Positions 13,001-26,902 of a stretch of 64,000 nt of DNA are shown one piece after another (within the stretch, counting starts at the first letter, position 1; the number at the start of each line of letters is the position of its first letter). The stretch is from Octopus vulgaris (lineage: Eukaryota): NCBI GenBank assembly GCA_951406725.2, contig OX597824.1, positions 39,122,001-39,186,000 of the forward strand, in the 5' to 3' direction. The notes under the pieces were generated by a model. That model saw nothing but the letters and a program-made list of their open reading frames with translations, was not told the DNA's origin and ran no database searches. A program made the translations under genes and the position numbers.

Positions 13001-14143
13001 GATGTGAACGTGATATCCTATTTTGGGGTAAGAGACCATAACAAATTCAACCGATCCTCCTATAAAATTATTGCGGCTAATTGGTGGAGTCTTTAAAGCA
13101 TTGGATAGATTGCCTTGTGATAATTGTTCTGGGTCTATATGTTTTGTATTCAAATCCTACTGAGATTAGTTTCATTTGTACCCTTTCGGGGTCGAAAAAT
13201 AAAGTACCAGTCCTCTTTCAATCCATTACCCCTCTCTTTCTCATTCTATTTTTTTCTTTCTGACTTTCTTCTGAAGGAAATCGACTGGGGTAAAGTCTGG
13301 AGACAGATGGTCTCCGGCAGGGTTAAAGTGCCCAAGACACACCGTATGTAACGATGGTGCCTCTACATTCTCATCAAGGGCAAGGCATGTATATCTTTAC
13401 TAATTCCTCAGGGATAAATGTCAAACTGAGCGCCAATTAGTTTCAGACTCAGTAAATGGATAAAAGCAAACAGTATTTGCTGTGTATTTACTCTGGCATG
13501 GTGCTGGTTACTGACAACCCACTATAATTATGAATTTAGTCGAATTCAAAAATAATGGCTGTCGTGTAGAGAAGAAAGAAAAGCTTGTAGGCGATTTTTG
13601 AATTGAAGCCTTAGGTACTTTGCAGCTTCCAGTATTACCTATTCTACTAACGTATTTCGATTTTGCAGTTTTGCAATTTAAAGTAAATATATATATATCG
13701 TAAATATTTTCCAGTTTTCCAGTAAAGCATCTTCATCAGTTCTCAATGAATATCTCTTATACAAGACAGAGTAAAAAAATAAGCAGCATATTTAATGCCT
13801 CAAGAATAATAGGTGTTTTAATTGCAGACAGACTTAAAATATCATTTAAAAAAAACGCTTAAAAATAATTGCTTATTTCTGAATGGTCTGTATCAATAAT
13901 AGATTTTCTCGTATGCTTTTTATTAATGCAATCATCCATCAAGCTATGTTCATGAAATAGGAACAATAAGCTTAATAATACTGAAACAATATCGCATGAT
14001 TATGTCCATTCATCTCTCTCTCTCCCTCTCCCTCTCCCTCTATATATATATACATATCTACCTATCTATCTAACTGTCTGTCTATCTACCCATTGCATGT
14101 GCGTTTGTACGTGTGTATATGCATGTGTGTATGCGCCCGCGCA

Positions 14144-14229
<86 letters not shown>

Positions 14230-14233
14230 GTGT

Positions 14234-14277
<44 letters not shown>

Positions 14278-14278
<1 letters not shown>

Positions 14279-14432
14279 TATGGCCTGTCTATGGGATTAC
14301 CCTGGGTTTCACGTCTATAAAGCGCTTAGCTCTGCGCCGTTGTTTAGACCCAGATTAGAGTCTGAAGAAACGCCTCAAAGCTAAGCACGTTATGGACGTG
14401 AAATTCAGAGTAACCCCATAGACCGACCATAA
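14278..14432. repeat. 155-bp palindrome made of two back-to-back decayed hammerheads
   Basis: Right arm: agagt-CTGAAGA-acgcc..ggacgt-GAAATTCAGAGTA-acccc; left arm on minus: gggt-CTAAACA...GAAACCCAGGGTA-atccc; related to 58292-58764. Confidence 0.75.
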
Positions 14433-14504
14433 CTATCTTTACCTAATTATTCAACTGCTCTGTAACTTAGAGTGTGCTTCTCTTTCGGATTTATGATTTA
14501 CTGA

Positions 14505-14573
<69 letters not shown>

Positions 14574-14678
14574 CAAACACGTATATTAAATGACTGATTG
14601 TAATTCAGACACAAGACCACCAGTCTTGAGAGAAGACTGGTCGATTGAATTTGTTGTTCTCTTACCCAAAAATACTCA

Positions 14679-14880
14679 AGGCACAAGGCTCGAAATTTTG
14701 GGGTAGGAGGCCAGTTGATTAGATCGACCCCAGTACTCAACTGGTACTTAATTTATCGACTCCAAAAGGATGAAAAGCACAGTGACATCCGCGGAATTTG
14801 AACTCAGAACGTAAAGACAGACGAAATGCCGCCAAGCATTCTACCCGACGTGCTAACGTTTCTGCTAGCTCGTCACCTTT
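14679..14880 (-). mobile_element. SINE family A
   Basis: Reverse complement of the 24688-24904 type; further partial copies at ~14920-15190. Confidence 0.8.
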
Positions 14881-16100
14881 TACCTAAAAATAGAATATCG
14901 CATTCACATCTCTGACGATGCTACTTTCTATTTTACGGACCACGTAATGATGATAGTTAAAGCTGACTTCAGCGGAATTTGGACCCAGAACAAATTCCAT
15001 TATGCATTTCATCCGGCGCTAATCTGCTAGCCAGGCGCCCTTAATTGTTTCTGAAACAAGCACAGGGCCACAAAGTTAAGTTTTGTGTGACTGAGGAGGA
15101 AGTTAGTCGAAACGATGGCCTCCAGTTTTTGGTTAGTACTGTATTTTTTCAACCATTTGAAGGATGAAAGTAATTTTTCTCCCATGCGCAAATTTTGATT
15201 TTGGAAAGATAAATTGATTTGTGATCTGAAACAATTCAACACCATAATGGCTACCATGCACCATGACTTCCGGATACTCTAATAACTCACACAACAGAGG
15301 TTCGAAAATATTTTGTATTTACAAAAACAATTTTCTCTTCAGTAATCTTCAAACACAGGCATATTCGTTTGTTTTTTTAACAACAATGTAAACACTTTTG
15401 TTACTCTTTTTAACGTAAATATGTAAGTATATCATTCGCAAGCTATAGAAATGAAACTTCTACGTCTCAGAAAGTAAATAAAGTTTTCCCTTCACAGTAG
15501 TTTAATCCAGTTAGCTGTTAGTGAATCACTGGTGAAATCTCGTGTGTTAATTAATATGGTTAAATTCATTCTTTACTTTATTCCAGTGTCTGAAACACAT
15601 ATGTGCTAAATTCCAAATTCTTGCAAGCAGGCGGATAATATTTGTCAAAAGAAAAGAAATTTTAGTTAACTACAACAATTTCCAATTCGTTTCTAATTAG
15701 TATAACAAATTATAGCCACAGTTATAATATATTGCTGAAAACAATACATATTAATAGATGTGAGCAATTAGTATTCGTTCGATTTAGTATCCAGGTTATA
15801 GAAGCGTGCAAGAAAATCCCTTATTTACTCTTATTTAAATTTTGTTTTCTATCTTTCCCATATATGTTGTCAGTCCCATATATGTTGTCATAAACGCTTT
15901 TATATCAGCTGAATCAAAGGAAGGAAGTAGACATGGTGGCTTTGCAGTTTCTCGTATTTGGCGAGAAAAATATCTACAAACTAAAGACACTGCCCAGAAG
16001 CTTGCAATTGAATACACTACGTTAAAGACGTTTAAAGATCAGGCTGTTTTATTGAAACCAGACACCGAATTGTGTTCTGTTTTAAAGTCTATACGCACTC

Positions 16101-16172
<72 letters not shown>

Positions 16173-16187
16173 ATGTGTATATATATG

Positions 16188-16237
<50 letters not shown>

Positions 16238-16295
16238 AACAAGATATATATATTTATATGATATACATTTGTATCTGTCTATCTATATATATTAC

Positions 16296-16393
<98 letters not shown>

Positions 16394-16527
16394 GTATGTA
16401 TTGCAAATAAGAAAATAGAGGAAAACAATAATTGGTTCATCAACTTTAAGACATAAAAAATGTTAACTTATTTATTTATTAAACTGATAATTATAACAAC
16501 ATATATATATATATATATATACATACA

Positions 16528-16617
<90 letters not shown>

Positions 16618-16719
16618 ATATTTCCATTCTACAAATTACACAGCCCAAGGGAAATCGAGAGGAAAATCAGAGAAAAGAATTTTATTGATAAATTCGAACC
16701 CAAGCTAAATAAGCAATAA
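16618..16719 (+). pseudogene. Penelope-like GIY-YIG endonuclease C-terminus (5'-truncated at (TA)n)
   Basis: [33 protein letters not shown]; typical R...E..FI....P.LN ending, followed by a UTR containing an HHR. Confidence 0.75.
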
Positions 16720-17112
16720 TAATAATACTTAGATAGCAGGAAAATTATCTTATTTAGGGTTAAAAGGTATATTCCCACCACCATCACCACTAGCAACAAT
16801 AATTAAGGTGCTGACAATGATAATGATGACAATTGAAATATAAAAATATTAAAATCTCTGACAAAGGCTATTTACAACATTTCTAAAAATAGCCCAACAA
16901 TTGCTGCTTTGGCCAGGGTCAAGATACAGGACTCTTGACATGTCCAGCAAAGCGTGACGTCTAAACCAATCAGCTTAAGTAATTGAGTGATACTACACAC
17001 TGATTGGTCAGAATACAGTTTGCAAAACCTAGTATCTGGAGACTACACAGCACAGATTCAATCATCTCGTTACAGTCAAAAATTGTGAAGCATGACTGTC
17101 ACCACTACTACA

Positions 17113-17157
17113 TGAACCTGAAGATTGCAGAATTTAATGCATGAAAGTACTAGTTCA
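17113..17157 (+). ncRNA. Minimal type I hammerhead in PLE 3' region
   Basis: tgaac-CTGAAGA-ttgca gaatttaa tgcat-GAAAG TA CTA-gttca; palindromic stem III AGTACT. Confidence 0.8.
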
Positions 17158-17284
17158 ATCAGAATGAACATTTAACATTCTATTATTTTATTTTATTATA
17201 CTATACTATATTATCTTATATCATTATAAGATTGTAAATAAAACGAGAAAATCAGACAAGTTTGGAATTCCTTTTATTAATATA

Positions 17285-17681
17285 CTAGCAGTATCGCCCG
17301 GCGTTGCTCGGGTTTGTAAGGGAAATAACTATATAAGCATTTTTAGAGAGTTATAGCCAAAAAATAGCAAAAAAATGCATTAAAAATTGAAAAAAAATTA
17401 CGGTAATTTTTTTTTAAATCGTTGACACATCGTAGATATTTTTATAGAGTTACTTCCCTTATATAATAGCGAAAAAAATGCATTAAAATGGAAAAATATG
17501 ATGGTAAATTTTTTTTAAATCGTAGACTCATCGTAGACGCGCGCTAATACCCAGAAGGGCTCGATATGAATCACGACTATAAGATACCCGCTTTTGGTTA
17601 AACTGCACCGCAAAATGTGGGAGTAGTTATGAATCTAAATCGTAGGAGACAGACACACAACTTCACTCTTATATATAAAGA
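17285..17681 (-). mobile_element. Non-autonomous Helitron (~400 bp)
   Basis: Minus strand starts TC, ends with hairpin cccgagcaacgccggg then CTAG, inserted A|T; copies at 27235 and 28138. Confidence 0.9.
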
Positions 17682-18496
17682 TATAAGCCACCTAGTTATA
17701 TACACATACTTTGTTATATACACATTCTTAAAAGAAAATGTTATTTTGAACACAACATTTATAAAGAATAAAATATTTTTTGGTTTTTCTTAAACGGATG
17801 CATACATTTATTAATAACTATATATAAGTGTCGTCCGTTTATACATAAACACTGTTTCATACTGCAATTATATATACATATATCTATATATAATATTATA
17901 TAATAAAATATATACAGAATATGTGTATATATTTATGTATGTGTAAATATATACTGAAAGAAGCTCAGGTCGCCAATTAATACTACCAAAATTTAACGAC
18001 AGAAAGTAAAATAAAAGCCAATTTACCTTTTCTGTATTGTTATAGCAATTCAACCGTCCGTGTGTCTTTGCAAATGTGTTGGAATGAGAAGTGAGTTGTG
18101 TTTGGCGCGTTTTTTACTAATAACAAACACACACGTGTTTGTATGTAGTTGTTTGAAACGTTTGTGTTTGTCACTGTCATATATGTATGTGTATACGTGT
18201 GTGTAAGGAATGACACACACACACTCACGCACGCACACATGTACATCAATGCTTTCGGAGTGAAATGTTAAAATATTGAGTTTTCTCGAATTTTGTCTTA
18301 ATTGGGGGTAAAATTGAAAGAAATTTTGTATGGCATGACCCAATAGAAGTACATGACCCAATAGAAAAATCATGGGTAAACTCTAATTGAAGAAATTGTG
18401 TGAGGAGTAAATCGTTATGTATTTATTTGTTTCTGTTTGCTGTGTTTTTTTTAGTAGTGGTTTAAGGTACACCTCTCTCGTGTTATAGAAATAGTT

Positions 18497-18571
18497 TCAC
18501 TTTATTCGTTGCAAAGTTGCAAAGAGAAAGTCGTAGAAATTAGAGTGATAGCGTGAGTGAATCAGATCACT

Positions 18572-18619
<48 letters not shown>

Positions 18620-18841
18620 GCTATAGCCCACACTAAGAAAAGCACTTGACTTAGACACCACAATGTGAGTTTTCTCTAAATTTTGCTTAATTGGGGTTGA
18701 AATTTTAAAAACTGGACCTGGCACGACCCGATGCATTCTACTCTTAAAAATGCTAGGTAAATTGAAATTGAAGAAATCCTATATTGTAGATTTCTATAAG
18801 AGACAAAGGGAGGCAGATAAAATCTGCCTTTTATAATAAGA
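18497..18841 (-). mobile_element. Helitron 5' module (inverted relative to 19036-19300)
   Basis: Reverse complement of tcttattataaaaggcagatttt... at 19036. Confidence 0.8.
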
Positions 18842-18870
18842 GATTCTTCTATACACAATCACACACACCC

Positions 18871-18914
<44 letters not shown>

Positions 18915-18922
18915 ATATATAT

Positions 18923-18961
<39 letters not shown>

Positions 18962-19411
18962 CACACATATATATATATATATATACATATAATTTATATA
19001 TATACATATAATATATATACATATATATATATATATCTTATTATAAAAGGCAGATTTTATCTGCCCCCCTTTGTATCTTATAGAAATCTACAATATAGGA
19101 TTTCTTCAATTACAATTTACCTAGCATTTTTAAGAGTAGAATGCATCGGGTCGTGCCAGGTCCAGTTTTTAAAATTTCAACCCCAATTAAGCAAAATTTA
19201 GAGAAAACTCACATTGTGGTGTCTAAGTCAAATGCTTTTCTTAGTGTGGCCTACACGACACGCACACGCACACACACAGTGTGCAACGAATAAAGTGAAA
19301 GTAATACACTTTTTGTAGTGAGTGACTCTTTCACTCTGCCACTTCCTCTTTACACACATAGACACGCAAATATATAAATAAAATTGTAAGCTAACGTGTG
19401 TGTGTGCGTGT

Positions 19412-19453
<42 letters not shown>

Positions 19454-19489
19454 GTGCGTGTGTGTGTGTGTGCGTGAGTGTGTGACAGG

Positions 19490-20001
19490 AAAGTTTTTTA
19501 GGACGAATATAAGACCTATATCCAAGTAGCAGAAAGATCGCCCAAAAGTGTATATAGATATTTAAATGTATTTATATATTCATCTATACACAGATGTATG
19601 TATAATGTGTGTGTATATATTTCCATAGACGTAACCATTCACTCCGCACAAAGTTTTTTAGGACGAAAATAAGATCTAAAGTTATCTCTAAGTAGCACAA
19701 AGATCGCCCAAAAGTGTATATAGATATATAAATGTATTTATATATTCATCTATGCACACATGTATGTATAACGTGTGTGTATATATTTCCATAGACGTAA
19801 CCATTCACTCCATACAAAGTTTTTTAGGACGAAAATAAAATCTAAAGTTATCTCTAAGAAACAGAAAGATCGCCCAAAAGTGTATATAGATATTTAAATG
19901 TATTTATATATTCATCTATACACACATGTATGTATAATGTGCGTGTATATATTTCCATAGAGGTAACCATTCAATCCATACAAAGTTTTTTAGGACGAAA
20001 A
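19490..20001 (+). repeat. ~166-bp tandem repeat, about 3 copies, inside the Helitron
   Basis: aaagttttttaggacgaa recurs at 19490, 19650, 19816, 19982. Confidence 0.9.
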
Positions 20002-20250
20002 TATTTATATATAAAAGAAAGGTTGTGTGTCTGTCTACTCCGATTTAGATTCCTAACTACTCCCACATTTTGCGATGCAGTTTAACCAAAACCGGGTATC
20101 TTATAGTCGTGATTCATATCGAGCCCTTCTGGGTATTAGCGCGCGTCTACGATGAGTCTATGATTTTACAAATAATTTACCATCATTTTTTTCCATTTTA
20201 ATGCATATTTTTTTTAATAAAGGGAAGTAAATCTCAAACTTCACACCAAT

Positions 20251-20772
20251 ATGCGTGCTCATATGCGACGTAATATCACATCAGCAGCATTTCCTCACAC
20301 CCTCCTTGCACTTGGCGAAGGCAAAATACCAGGGGATGAAAATGGTAATATTGCCATCGATTCCATTTGTACCATTGTTAAGACGCCTTCTGATCTCAGA
20401 GATGCAGTGTTCCCAGATCTACAAGCTAATTATCAGAATATGGATTGGATTGGCAAAAAGGCTATACTGGCCCCGAGGAATAAAACTGTTCACCATATTA
20501 ATGATGAAATGCTAAAACTCATTCCTGGGGAAGTCTATGTATATCAGTCTATCGATACAACTCCTGACCCAGAGGACGTCATCAACTATCCAATAGAGGT
20601 ACTCAATTCCTTTGAGCACCCCGGACTACCACCACACTTTCTCAAACTTAAAGTTGGTGCCCCTATAATGCTCATCAGAAATTTGGTTCCCCCAAAACAA
20701 TGCAATGGCACACGTTTTATCGTTAAGTCCTTATCTCCCACCGTAAGCTTATATCAATATTTGCCTGAATAA
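20251..20772 (+). pseudogene. Helitron RepHel Pif1-like helicase C-terminal fragment
   Basis: MRA..., LLALGEG, AILAPRN, YP.EVLNS...GLPPH.LKLKVGAPIMLIRNL....CNGTR; lacks Rep domain and Walker A. Confidence 0.92.
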
Positions 20773-20848
20773 TCATCATAATTCAGTGCAATCATTAACA
20801 GTACCTGCAAGCAATTTAGCCCCGAGCAACGCCGGGCAATTCTGCTAG

Positions 20849-20890
<42 letters not shown>

Positions 20891-21554
20891 CATATAATTT
20901 AATTGAACGCCATACATCCATTTCCAAGATTATCTTCACCTTTTTGATGCGACTCTCTTCTCTATACTGTTTTTCCTCTATCCTTCTCTAATTCCATTTT
21001 TCTCCTCCTTCCTTCTTCACCGATTCGCCCTCTTACTCTCTGTCCCTCTCGTTGCTCAACCGTGACCATCGTCCATCTTTCTTTTCCTCACGTGACCATC
21101 TTTCTTTTCCTGCACGGTCGTTGAAAAGAACGAACGTTGTTTTTTTTCTTTCCCTTCTATCTTTTCTCTTTTCAAAAAAGTATTTCTCACACCGTTCGCT
21201 ATTTTTCTCTTGTTCTGGTCTAACGACCCTCCATGCTTCTTCGTTCGGTTTCCTTGTATGTCTCCACTGTCATGTTTTGTTCCCAACTTTGACCCTCCAT
21301 AAATCCTAAATTTTATTTTAGAATTTATGGGAGCAACTCTCTTTGAAGACTCACATTGTCATTGAATACTCAAAATCAGAAGTAGATAGACAGTCGGCAA
21401 CTGATGAAGCGTCTTTGTGTTTATTTGTCCTGTCCTCCAACTTATTCTCGTTGTTTACATATTTAACTCGTTTGTTTGCGTACTGCATGTTACTTGAACC
21501 GTTGGTGGCATCTTGTACCCATATATACATGTATATATATATATATAGTGCATA

Positions 21555-22826
21555 CAAGGTTCGGCTGAAAAATTCATAGACTGACCAAGATGCTCTCATG
21601 GAATGTGACCAAATGAGGTTTATATTTAAACATAACTCTCACTGCAGTCCATACGCTTCTTCCATCGATGTTTCAGTACTTGAATCATATTGGTCAAGAA
21701 GTGTTGTCCTAACGCTCAAAAAAGTCATCAACAGCAGATATGAAATCATCGTGAATGCGATACTGATTCTGAACCAAGTGTTTTTTCTTTTTGGGGAAAA
21801 GATGATAGTCAGATGGGGCCAAATCAGGAGAATCGGCAGAGTGATCAACTAGTTCAAAGCCACAATCACGCACAGCAGCCATTGAATCCAATGACGTGTT
21901 TGCTAGAGTATTGTTCTGATGAAACAAAGCCTCTTTCGTCAGTTTCCCTGGCCGTTTGGTTTTGATAGCCTTTTGAAACAGCCTTAGCAAGTTGGCAGAA
22001 TACTCGCCATTGATGATGTGGCCCTTCTGAAAATATCCAATAAACACAATACCTTTGGCGTCCCCCAAAACAGATCCCATCACCTTTCTTGTAGATGAAA
22101 CGACTGTGACCTTCTTAGGAGCGGATGTGGTGGGGTGTTCCCACTGCATGGATTGTCTTTTTGTCTCTGGCTCAAAGTGATGAAGCCAACACTCATCCTA
22201 GGTTAGGAAACATTCAAGGAAACCAGTGGATCTGCTTAAACTTAAATAATGGCAGCTTTTCTGGTGAGGTGATCAGTCAGGTGCGCTTTTGATCAGGTGT
22301 CAGAAGACGTGACACCTATCGAGCAGAAATATTTGCCATGTCAAACTCATTGCGCAGAATATTCTCACGTCTCTCATGGGTTATGCTGAGTTATTGTCAA
22401 TCGTCTGTTATTCGTCATCATGTGGTGAACACAATCAATGTTTTTATCTCGGTAGTAGCAGTTGCCGGACGTCCAAACTTTGGGTCATCTTCCCGACTCT
22501 ATATTTCCTTCCTAAATTCAGCTGCCTACTCTTGCACTTTTGATAAAGCTGTGCCGTCATTCCCTAATTTGGCAAACATGTCAGCATGAGTGTCGTTGGG
22601 GGGCTTAAGTTTTTTCTCCAGGCATTTGATAACACCGCAATGCCAAATTTTGTCAGTTCTAAAAAAATCGATAATAGTTATTTTCTTTGAACAGTCAGAT
22701 GTCAGTTTACCCGGAAAGAAAGAATGTGGTTGTTAATAAGGAGAGCTGAAATTAATGCATGCAAGATTTCACAACTGTAGCATCATTCATTCCAAGTCAG
22801 TCTTTGAACTTTTCAACCCACCTTCG
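21555..22826 (-). mobile_element. Decayed mariner transposon
   Basis: Imperfect ~30-bp TIRs (caaggttcggctgaaaaattcatagactgac / gtcagtctttgaacttttcaacccaccttcg), TA at left; transposase motifs QW..P...PKK, KVMGSV, SPDLAPSDYHLF. Confidence 0.9.
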
Positions 22827-24078
22827 TTATATATGATAGGATTCTTTACACTCAGTTCAAACCCTGCTGTTTTCAAATTTGTTTTTCATCATTCCGGCAA
22901 TGATAGTTGTGTCAAATTAACCCTTAAACGGCGGTCATCATCAACTGATGTTTCATTACATAACAACGAGCATCACCAATAGATGTTTCTAAAATTTTGC
23001 GTGGTTAACAGCCATCGATTAATGTCCGAGCGTCTACTTCGTCAAATGCGCTTAGACGTAAGCGACGCTTACCGATGGGAGAAATCAAGTCGCAAATGAA
23101 AGAGTTATATAGCGATTAAGTTTTTCTGCCTTTCCTTCATTATTAGATGTGATAGACGACGACCACCATCACCACGACGACGATAATGATGATGACTATG
23201 ATGATTATGATGATCTAGATAACACAAAAATAAAGTGACACTTCAACCAGCTCTAGACGGAAGAGCGCTTTTTCTCCATTTATACAATCGTTTGACAACA
23301 AGAATGCAAGAATCTATGAATTTATACCCAATCTGGATGTAAGAGAATGTGAATGTTTTACGGGTACTTTCCGAAAATAACATTGTAAATCTTACTGTGC
23401 GAGAGAATAACAACTATTATAATTTCTGATCTTATTTAAATTGAAAATACATATAAAAATTATTCTTGGAAAAAAAAAATTTCTTTTTAAATTTTATTCG
23501 TTTGGCACATACGTGCATGTAACCCTTTCCCGCCGTTTAGTGCTAATTGATGCTGATCTATACCGACATGCAATGGGCTGACATGGTACTGTGGAGCGCA
23601 AATTTCTGCTCAACCTTGGATCTCTTTTAACGGTAAAAGGAAAGAAAAAAAGTGGTTGTATGACTCCGCCACCTCAATATTCTCCATCTGAAACTATGAT
23701 ATGACAGTACATACAAAACGCACAATAGCACATGCTCTGATGATGGTATACTCACACGTGCACCCAACTCTTAAAGAAACTGGATCGTTAATAAAAAGGA
23801 TAACAACAGAAGCACATGAGCTAGGCCTGTATAGCAATTAACTGCTAAGATATCGTCTCTTGGTGATGATTTCACATATTTTTACAGTGTTCATTTTTTC
23901 CTTTCTTTTGCCCCCGAAGAATTGAAAGAATCTGTTTATTCTTTTAGTCAATAATATATATCTTGTTAGAGTAACTATTCGTAAAAACTATATACCTTTA
24001 AGAATATACACATACATATATAATCACACCAATACACACACATATATATATAAAATTGATAAGGTAAGGTAATATTGA

Positions 24079-24111
<33 letters not shown>

Positions 24112-24163
24112 TCTTATATATTCTTATGTATATATATATATATATATATGTATGTATATATAT

Positions 24164-24270
<107 letters not shown>

Positions 24271-24687
24271 CACATATATGTGTATGTCTATGCATATGTA
24301 TCTATTTAATTATATATATTAGATATTATCTGGATTTAACTAGATAATAGCTAAAAAGTAACTGTTTAATAAATTTCCCCATCTCTGTTTACTTTAGAAT
24401 TCGTCATAATTTTGAATGTAATATTTTTTCATTCTATTTATGAAGTACATTTCTTTGTGTATCTTATTCTCTGTTTAAAAGCGTTGCTTTTGTATCGACT
24501 TGTGTTTTTTTTTCTTAGTTATTTCAGTCTTCAATTTGGTTTTCCTCAATATATTCGTAAGTCCATTGTGATTAATTTACCTAAAATAATTTTCAGTTTG
24601 AATTTACATTTTGTATACATGTTTTGCTGTATGTATGTATGTATGTATGTTCGTTGCCATATTCAATCCTCATTAGTTTTAAGCTCG

Positions 24688-24904
24688 AAGGCGGTGAGCT
24701 GGCAGAATCGTTAGCACACTTTACGAAGTGCTTAGTGGTATTTCGCCCGTCGCTGAGTTCTGGGTTCAAATTCCCACGTGGTTGACTTTGCATTCATCCT
24801 TTCGGTGTCGACAAATTAAGTACCAGTGAAACACTGGGTTCGATATAGTCGACTAGTTCCCTCCCAACAAATTTCAGGCTTTGTTCCTATTGTAGAAAGG
24901 ATTA
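24688..24904 (+). mobile_element. SINE family A
   Basis: aaggcggtgagctggcagaatcgttagc head, B-box-like gggttcaaattcc. Confidence 0.85.
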
Positions 24905-25234
24905 GATTTAAGGTCGTGTATTTAGATAGCAAAAAATTGGAATATTTTTATTTTGTAGTAAACTGAACTTTTAAAATTTATTTACCGTTCGTTTTAAAAG
25001 TATAGCTTATGTCTAAGATAGCTCATGCTTTATAAAGACAAATACAGATATATCAAATACCATTCATCAAAAATTCTTGATTTATTAAAGTAATTTCTGT
25101 CTCTAGAGTATATATTATAATTACCAAATGACAATTAAAACCAGCTCCATTTCAGTTGAGATAAACTCAAAACTCTGGAATTTCTTAAAACCTGGTATGC
25201 CATTAAAGAGAAAGATAAGGTTATGGTCATTGTA

Positions 25235-25592
25235 TAATGGTTCTCAACCGGGATTCATATTATCCCTCGGGGTCCATATAAGGTTTTATTTGGGGGAGGC
25301 GTTTCACCTAACAAAATAGTAAACCGAGGATCCACAATTGTATCTTAAGGTCCCCTGAAAGATTTTTGCTTCAGATGTATGTATTTGTATGTATTGCAAG
25401 AAACAGCACGGTTTCTTTCTCTAACAACTTACATAGGTCAACCTACACAAGTTAATGTATGAAAAACAAAATAGAAATTTGGAAAGAAGTTTCTATAAAA
25501 CTAGTTTTTAAACATCGAATAGCTATGGAGGTTCATTATAATAATAGAATAATCAAAGGGATCCATAGATAAAAAATGGTTGAGTACACCTA
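25235..25592. mobile_element. hAT-like MITE
   Basis: Decayed TIRs tggttctcaacc / ggttgagtacac resembling the CAGTGGTTCTCAAC type of hAT terminus. Confidence 0.5.
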
Positions 25593-25872
25593 CTTTAGAT
25601 GTATGTATTGGCAAGTATTTCAAGAAACAGCAAGGTTTCTGACTCTAACATTTTACTTAGCTCAACCTACACAATTTCTTGAGAACAATTTTCTTCGTGG
25701 TTAGACGATTTGGCGTCTTCTTTGTAGCATATTAGGAATCCACCAGGTGGTCATTCGTCATATATGTATGTAATATAATTTTCTTCATCTTTGGATTTTT
25801 TTATATATGCTAGGCCACTGGTTTAAATTGATATTAATTTAATTACTATTAATTTCTACCCTCATTATTTAA

Positions 25873-25920
<48 letters not shown>

Positions 25921-26055
25921 GAGGGCATTATACATACATGCCAGAGGGCATTATACATACATGCCACACGCTAAGAGGGACAATTAGTCATTTCTACCAA
26001 AAATTTTACTAATCCCACCGAATGCAATTTTTCAAAGTAAGACATTTAAAAATAT

Positions 26056-26103
26056 AGACCTGTATCACAGTGATTTCATACTTACGTATTCATCAGCAGG
26101 CCT
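26056..26103 (-). ncRNA. Type I hammerhead ribozyme
   Basis: aggcctg-CTGATGA-atac GTAA gtat-GAAATCAC T GTGATA-caggtct. Confidence 0.9.
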
Positions 26104-26530
26104 GGACGTATCATAAATAAACGACCCTGCCTCGCTTAAGCCGATCAGCTAACTGATCAACATCAACGAAGCACATGGGTGAGTTTACATATATTACATC
26201 CGGTAAATGGCAGACTTTACGAATTGCATTTCGGGAAAGGAAAAGTTTTTTCGGAATAAAAATTTAGCAATTAAGGACAACTACTTAATAAGGAAAACTT
26301 AACAAGAAATTGTCAGGTAGATAGCGTAAAAGACCTCATAAGAGAAAAAATTTCGAAAATAATTATTTCTTATTGAACATATTAATTTATATATAGAGGG
26401 CATTATACATACATGCCAGAGGGCATTATACATACATGCCACACGCTAAGAGGGACAATTAGTCATTTCTACCAAAAATTTTACTAATCCCACCGAATGC
26501 AATTTTTCAAAGTAAGACATTTAAAAATAT

Positions 26531-26578
26531 AGACCTGTATCATAGTGATTTCATACTTACGTATTCATCAGCAGGCCT
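26531..26578 (-). ncRNA. Type I hammerhead ribozyme (one substitution in stem III)
   Basis: Tandem copy 475 bp from the previous one. Confidence 0.85.
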
Positions 26579-26854
26579 GGACGTATCATAAATAAACGAC
26601 CCTGCCTCGCTTAAGCCGATCAGCTAACTGATCAACATCAACGAAGCACATGGGTGAGTTTACATATATTAAGTAGTTGTCCTTAATTGCTAAATTTTTA
26701 TTCCGAAAAAACTTTTCCTTTCCCAAAATGCAATTCGTAAAAGTCTGCCATTTACCGGATGTAATATATGTAAACTCACCCATGTGCTTCGTTGATGTTG
26801 ATCAGTTAGCTGATCGGCTTAAGCGAGGCAGGGTCGTTTATTTATGATACGTCC

Positions 26855-26902
26855 AGGCCTGCTGATGAATACGTAAGTATGAAATCACTGTGATACAGGT
26901 CT
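26855..26902 (+). ncRNA. Type I hammerhead ribozyme
   Basis: Complete core, 7-bp stem I, GNRA-capped stem II, AUA cleavage triplet at 26893-26895. Confidence 0.9.

Larger units (their letters stand above)
19036..20848 (+). mobile_element. Composite Helitron with internal tandem repeat and helicase fragment
   Basis: 5' TC after A; 3' hairpin cccgagcaacgccggg + CTAG before T; second 5' module at ~20003-20230. Confidence 0.85.

Noticed and set aside
13260-13390. Possible Tx1/L1 3' end fragment
   Set aside because: Too short and degenerate to support
19490-20001. CRISPR-like array
   Set aside because: Whole 166-bp units are repeated with no unique spacers; eukaryotic Helitron interior
21380-21420. 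CTGATGA followed by short GC stretch (also at ~41925-41950)
   Set aside because: No matching GAAA/stem III downstream, so not called a ribozyme
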